This document shows, in pieces, positions 24,191 to 27,765 of a stretch of 27,765 nucleotides of DNA. Source of the stretch: a virus. Taxonomy: Duplodnaviria > Caudoviricetes. The stretch's first letter is position 1. Each line of letters starts with the position of its first letter. The translations under genes and the position numbers were made by a program. The notes under the pieces were generated by a model, which was not told where the DNA came from, searched no databases, and saw nothing but the letters and a program-made list of their open reading frames with translations. Location of the stretch: IMG/VR virus record IMGVR_UViG_3300030376_006457, positions 1 through 27,765 of that record; one strand, given 5' to 3'.

Positions 24191-25776
24191 TGGCACCTAA
24201 AAAAAGAAACAACAATACTAACTCTACGGTACTAAGTATCAACAATGTAAACTTAGGTCCTAATGAAAAAGCAAACAGTAATTACAAAAGCATTTCTTAC
24301 ACAGTAAATGGTCAGAAGTATAGTGAAGTTATAAATTTAGATGTTCAGAATGCAACCTTTCTACAACCAGCATTTGCACCTAGTTTCAAGAAAAATGTAG
24401 ATACTAAACGTGGTACAAGAGTCAGATCATTCAAGTTAAATACCAACAATGAAGAGGGTAAAGCAATAATAAACAGTGAAGAAAGAAAAAATGCATATTC
24501 AGGAGCAATAACAGAAGTATATAATGAAGCAGTTGAGAATGGTAATGAAGTTCTATTTCAAAACTCTGCTGCAGAATCTGGTGTAGATTTATCAGGTGCT
24601 AATATTCCCGATAATAATGAGAATATTGATACTGAAGTTGTTGAAGAAGTAGATGATGCCAAACCAGCAGAAATAACAGGAAAGAAATCAAGTAAACCAG
24701 CACCACACCTTTGGTATCCCCAAGCTGTTGACTACGTTAAAGGGAATATGGATCACATATTCATTGAGTCCTTCAAGTATCAGGCTCCTCAATCAGGGAT
24801 GTCCTTCTTCAACAAACCAGAAAAAGGAGATAAAACAGGAGCAAGTTTAGGTTCTTTTGTAACAAAAGGTATACCTAGAGGAAGTAATATAGCAGGTGGT
24901 ACAAACTTTGCTGGTGGATCCAGTGATACATCAAAATCTTCTCAAGGTTCAGTAAAACTACCAATACCAAACTCTCTAAAATCAAGTAATGGTGTTAGTT
25001 GGGGTGGTGCTAAAGCAAATGCTGTAGAGGCAGGTGCTTTCTTTGGTGCATCAAGAGAAATAGGTAATTTAATGAAAGGTGAGACAAACTTAGTAGGTAT
25101 GGTCAAATCAGGACTAGGTGATGCAAGTAATGCATTGAGTGAAGTTAGAAAAGATATGAGGGGTGGTGGAGCATCAGGAGATATTCTTTCTGCAACTCTT
25201 TCTAAATTAGCATTAAGTAAAATAGGAATCAATGTAGACCCTGCTCAATTCATTACAAGAAGTACAGGTAATGCAATCAACCCTAACCTTGAACTACTAT
25301 TCAATGGTCCTCAACTTAGAAATTTCACCTTTGCATTCCAATTTGCACCTTATGATAAGGAAGATGCAACAGAGATAAGAAAAATTATGAGATTCTTCAA
25401 ACAAGGTATGTTACCATCATTCGCTAATGAGAGTGAAGGTAGTAGCATCTTCTTGAGTTCTCCTAACGTATTCCGTCTTGCATACAGGACTGGAACTAAT
25501 AGAATAAAGAGTTTGAACATGTTTAAGATGTGTGCTCTTACTGCATGTGAAATTGACTATACCCCAGAAGGTGTGTGGGCTGCATATGCAGACCAAAGTG
25601 CAGGTTCTCAACCTATTTCATCAAATATGGCACTATCTTTTACCGAACTTACACCTATCTTTGGTAATGATTATGATGAAAAACCAGATGAGAGTATCCG
25701 TGACCTTACTGTAGGTGCTTCGGGTGCTACTCCAAACTCCACTCCAACAATCGCAGAGGATGACGTAGGATTCTAA
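24190..25776 (+). CDS. gp48: Baseplate tail tube cap gp48-like, 528 aa
   Basis: LPIPNSL..GVSW..INPNLELLFNGPQLRNFTFAFQFAP..EIRKIMRFFKQGM..FLSSPNVF..CALT..DYTPEG..LSFTELTPI. Confidence 0.88.
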   Translation: MAPKKRNNNTNSTVLSINNVNLGPNEKANSNYKSISYTVNGQKYSEVINLDVQNATFLQPAFAPSFKKNVDTKRGTRVRSFKLNTNNEEGKAIINSEERKNAYSGAITEVYNEAVENGNEVLFQNSAAESGVDLSGANIPDNNENIDTEVVEEVDDAKPAEITGKKSSKPAPHLWYPQAVDYVKGNMDHIFIESFKYQAPQSGMSFFNKPEKGDKTGASLGSFVTKGIPRGSNIAGGTNFAGGSSDTSKSSQGSVKLPIPNSLKSSNGVSWGGAKANAVEAGAFFGASREIGNLMKGETNLVGMVKSGLGDASNALSEVRKDMRGGGASGDILSATLSKLALSKIGINVDPAQFITRSTGNAINPNLELLFNGPQLRNFTFAFQFAPYDKEDATEIRKIMRFFKQGMLPSFANESEGSSIFLSSPNVFRLAYRTGTNRIKSLNMFKMCALTACEIDYTPEGVWAAYADQSAGSQPISSNMALSFTELTPIFGNDYDEKPDESIRDLTVGASGATPNSTPTIAEDDVGF

Positions 25777-26441
25777 TGGCATATTTCGATCTTTTCCCAG
25801 ATATATTATTACCATCATTCTCAAATGATCGTAATTCTAGCAATGATTTCCAACTATCAAAAAACCTCTTCAAAAGAGGTAAAATCAGAGATGACTTCTT
25901 TGAGAATGCAGTTGCATTTAACACATATGCTGTAACTGGTGATGATAGACCAGATAACGTTGCATATGAGATATACAAAAGAGAAGATTATGACTGGATT
26001 GTGCTATTATCTAATAATATCATTAATGTAAGAGATGAATGGCCAATGAGTCAATATGACTTTCAACAATATTTGGAGAATAAGTACGATACTGTTCAAT
26101 TGACCCAAATACATCATTATGAAACAAAAGAACAAGTTGATCTAGATGATAATATTATCTTACAAGGTGGTCTAGTTGTAGATGAGAATTTCTCCTTTAG
26201 ATATACCCAAGATGGAACAGTAGAAACAATATCTGGGTCTGAATTAGTAAATTCAGTATCTAACTACGAATACGAAATAGAGAAAAATGACAAAAAACGT
26301 GAAATAGTGCTTCTTAGAAAAGAATACGTCGGAATCATAAAAGAAGATATGAGAGAAATAATGAGTTATACCGATAGTTCACAATATATCAATAAGAAAA
26401 TGAAGAAGGGAGAAAATCTTAGGATTCTATCGTCGAGATAA
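25776..26441 (+). CDS. gp53: Baseplate wedge protein gp53, 221 aa
   Basis: MAYF..FP..KNLFKR..DRPDNVAYEIY..DWIVLLSNNIIN..EWP..IHHYET..VSNYEYE..ND.KR.I.LL. Confidence 0.9.
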   Translation: MAYFDLFPDILLPSFSNDRNSSNDFQLSKNLFKRGKIRDDFFENAVAFNTYAVTGDDRPDNVAYEIYKREDYDWIVLLSNNIINVRDEWPMSQYDFQQYLENKYDTVQLTQIHHYETKEQVDLDDNIILQGGLVVDENFSFRYTQDGTVETISGSELVNSVSNYEYEIEKNDKKREIVLLRKEYVGIIKEDMREIMSYTDSSQYINKKMKKGENLRILSSR

Positions 26442-26460
26442 TTGGAAAAACCTTAAGGGC

Positions 26461-26496
26461 AAAAAATGGTCGGAGTTTTTTTTCCCGAATTTTTGG
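26461..26496. terminator. Possible bidirectional intrinsic terminator between convergent operons
   Basis: AAAAAATGG TCGGAG T8 CCCGA ATTTTT: imperfect short stem flanked by A and T tracts, in the gap between convergent gp53 and the 2OG gene. Confidence 0.45.
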
Positions 26497-26516
26497 AACT
26501 AAAAATCGAATTTCGC

Positions 26517-27071
26517 TCAGTTATAATGTATTCCTATGTGGTAGGCAATCGAAACCCTGTCCTCATTTGACCTGTTGATGTCAACGTAGTGAACTAGGTT
26601 ACTGTTGAAGAACACACCCTTGTTAGGTTCAGGTTGAAAATACTTTGCATTGTAATCTTTACCTTGAGGTATCATACAAGTATTCATAAACCTATTGTAG
26701 AATGGGTTCATTACTACAAGATCACCTGAGTCTTTCTCTGCTTTCAACCAAAATGCTCCACTAAATTCACCAACAGTATGGTGATGCATAGTATTAGATG
26801 CACCTGGTGGATTTATATTGCAGAAGAACTTGGTAAATGTCAACCAGTATGGTTCTTCTATACAATAGTGCTTGATATATTTTCTAAACTCTCTTTCAAT
26901 TACATTCTTGATTGGATGATCAAAATCTTTCTGCCATCCACGGTAGTTAGAGTTACCATCACTGACTGGATCTTTATCTCTAAGTTTATAGACCTCACAT
27001 AAAGCAGAGTCTACGACAGATTGATCTCCGTCGTAGACTCCAATGGTCTCTTCAAATGAGACGTACTCCAT
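26517..27071 (-). CDS. 2OG-Fe(II) oxygenase (TIGR02466-like), 184 aa
   Basis: SNYRGWQ..NINPPGASNTMHHH..FSGAFW..SGDL..FFNSNLVHYVD.N....RVSIAY: HxH...H metal ligands plus RxS 2OG-binding motif. Confidence 0.85.
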   Translation of the reverse strand: MEYVSFEETIGVYDGDQSVVDSALCEVYKLRDKDPVSDGNSNYRGWQKDFDHPIKNVIEREFRKYIKHYCIEEPYWLTFTKFFCNINPPGASNTMHHHTVGEFSGAFWLKAEKDSGDLVVMNPFYNRFMNTCMIPQGKDYNAKYFQPEPNKGVFFNSNLVHYVDINRSNEDRVSIAYHIGIHYN

Positions 27072-27765
27072 TATTCGTTTGCTAAACGCTGGAAGTATGA
27101 TAGTGCATCGTCATCATCTTGTTTAGAATTGACAATAGGTGATGCAGTAACTGGTGTTGGATCAGCAGTTTTGATCTCTGCTTCTTCATCAGCAACTTCA
27201 GGTGCAACACGAGTCTTGGTAGAGTTTAGAACTGAATCTAAACGTTGCTGTAAGACATCGTATGCTTTGAACTGATCAGCAGCAGTGAACTCAACAAGAG
27301 GATACTGCTTCTTCCACAATGCTTCAAGAGCATCGTCATCATCTAATAGAGGACTAGATGCAGCAAACTCAGAGGAATCATAGTTCCTATAACCTGCTAC
27401 GTTCTTTGCCTTCAACTTGAAGTTAGCACCTTGCCAGAAATCAAATGGATCGATTGCTGTTTCATCTTCAAACTCAGGTTGCATTGCTGCAGTGATCTTA
27501 TCAAAGATCTTCTTACCGAACTTGTATAAGAATACTTTACCTTCGTTCTGTGGATTAGTTGGATCCTTTACGACATAGATGTTACTAATGTAAGAAAGCT
27601 TACGCTTCTGCTTACGTGCAAGATCTTTGTCAGCATCGTTGCCACTGTTCCAAAGTAATCTATTGTACTCAGAGACAGGATCCTTACCACCAAGAGTAGT
27701 AAGACTGTTCTCAATGTACCAACCACCTGGTCCTTGGAAAGCATGTGACCATACTTTTGCCCATG
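27071..27765 (-). CDS. gp32: Single-stranded DNA-binding protein gp32 (5'-truncated by window edge)
   Basis: Frame is open from the window end: WAKVWSHAFQGPGGWYIENSLTTLGGKDPVSEYN..KQKRKLSYISNIYVVKDP..NEGKVFLYKFGKKIFDKI..NYDSSEF..DDDDALSYFQRLA. The track's 137-aa ORF is only its C-terminal part. Confidence 0.95.
   Translation of the reverse strand, partial: WAKVWSHAFQGPGGWYIENSLTTLGGKDPVSEYNRLLWNSGNDADKDLARKQKRKLSYISNIYVVKDPTNPQNEGKVFLYKFGKKIFDKITAAMQPEFEDETAIDPFDFWQGANFKLKAKNVAGYRNYDSSEFAASSPLLDDDDALEALWKKQYPLVEFTAADQFKAYDVLQQRLDSVLNSTKTRVAPEVADEEAEIKTADPTPVTASPIVNSKQDDDDALSYFQRLANE

Noticed and set aside
23500-25978. Minus-strand ORFs opposite gp4/gp48/gp53 and the out-of-frame 25532-25714 ORF
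   Set aside because: They overlap well-supported core genes and their composition is not protein-like.
1-27765. tRNA, rRNA, introns or inteins
   Set aside because: Intergenic gaps are at most about 75 nt with no cloverleaf; no interrupted core genes or intein splice motifs noticed.

Overview
AT-rich segment of a T4-like myovirus. Gene content (CP12, TIGR02466-type 2OG-Fe(II) oxygenase, giant beta-helix virion proteins) points to a marine cyanomyophage, probably infecting Prochlorococcus/Synechococcus. A long minus-strand late region (23329 to 1) encodes: gp54/gp19-like tube protein, gp26, gp51, two tape-measure-like proteins, gp27-like hub, CP12, a three-part gp5-like spike module, two small genes behind a sigma70-type promoter, and several fibre/virion structural proteins. 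A divergent plus-strand block encodes gp4, gp2, gp48 and gp53. It converges on the minus-strand gp32 and 2OG-oxygenase genes. All calls come from motif recognition by eye; no searches were run. Most interesting observations: (1) an in-frame T_TTT_TTC slippery site that would fuse gp26 and gp51 by a -1 frameshift just upstream of the tape-measure-like genes, as in lambda G/GT; (2) Russian-doll nested repeat domains A(B(C(D)C)B)A inside the beta-helix of a 1106-aa virion protein; (3) an early-promoter island whose read-through RNA could fold a hairpin over the RBS of a giant late gene, with the late promoter in the 5' arm; (4) a tube-initiator-like protein fused to a Peptidase_S74 chaperone; (5) a His-rich CP12 translationally coupled inside the baseplate operon.
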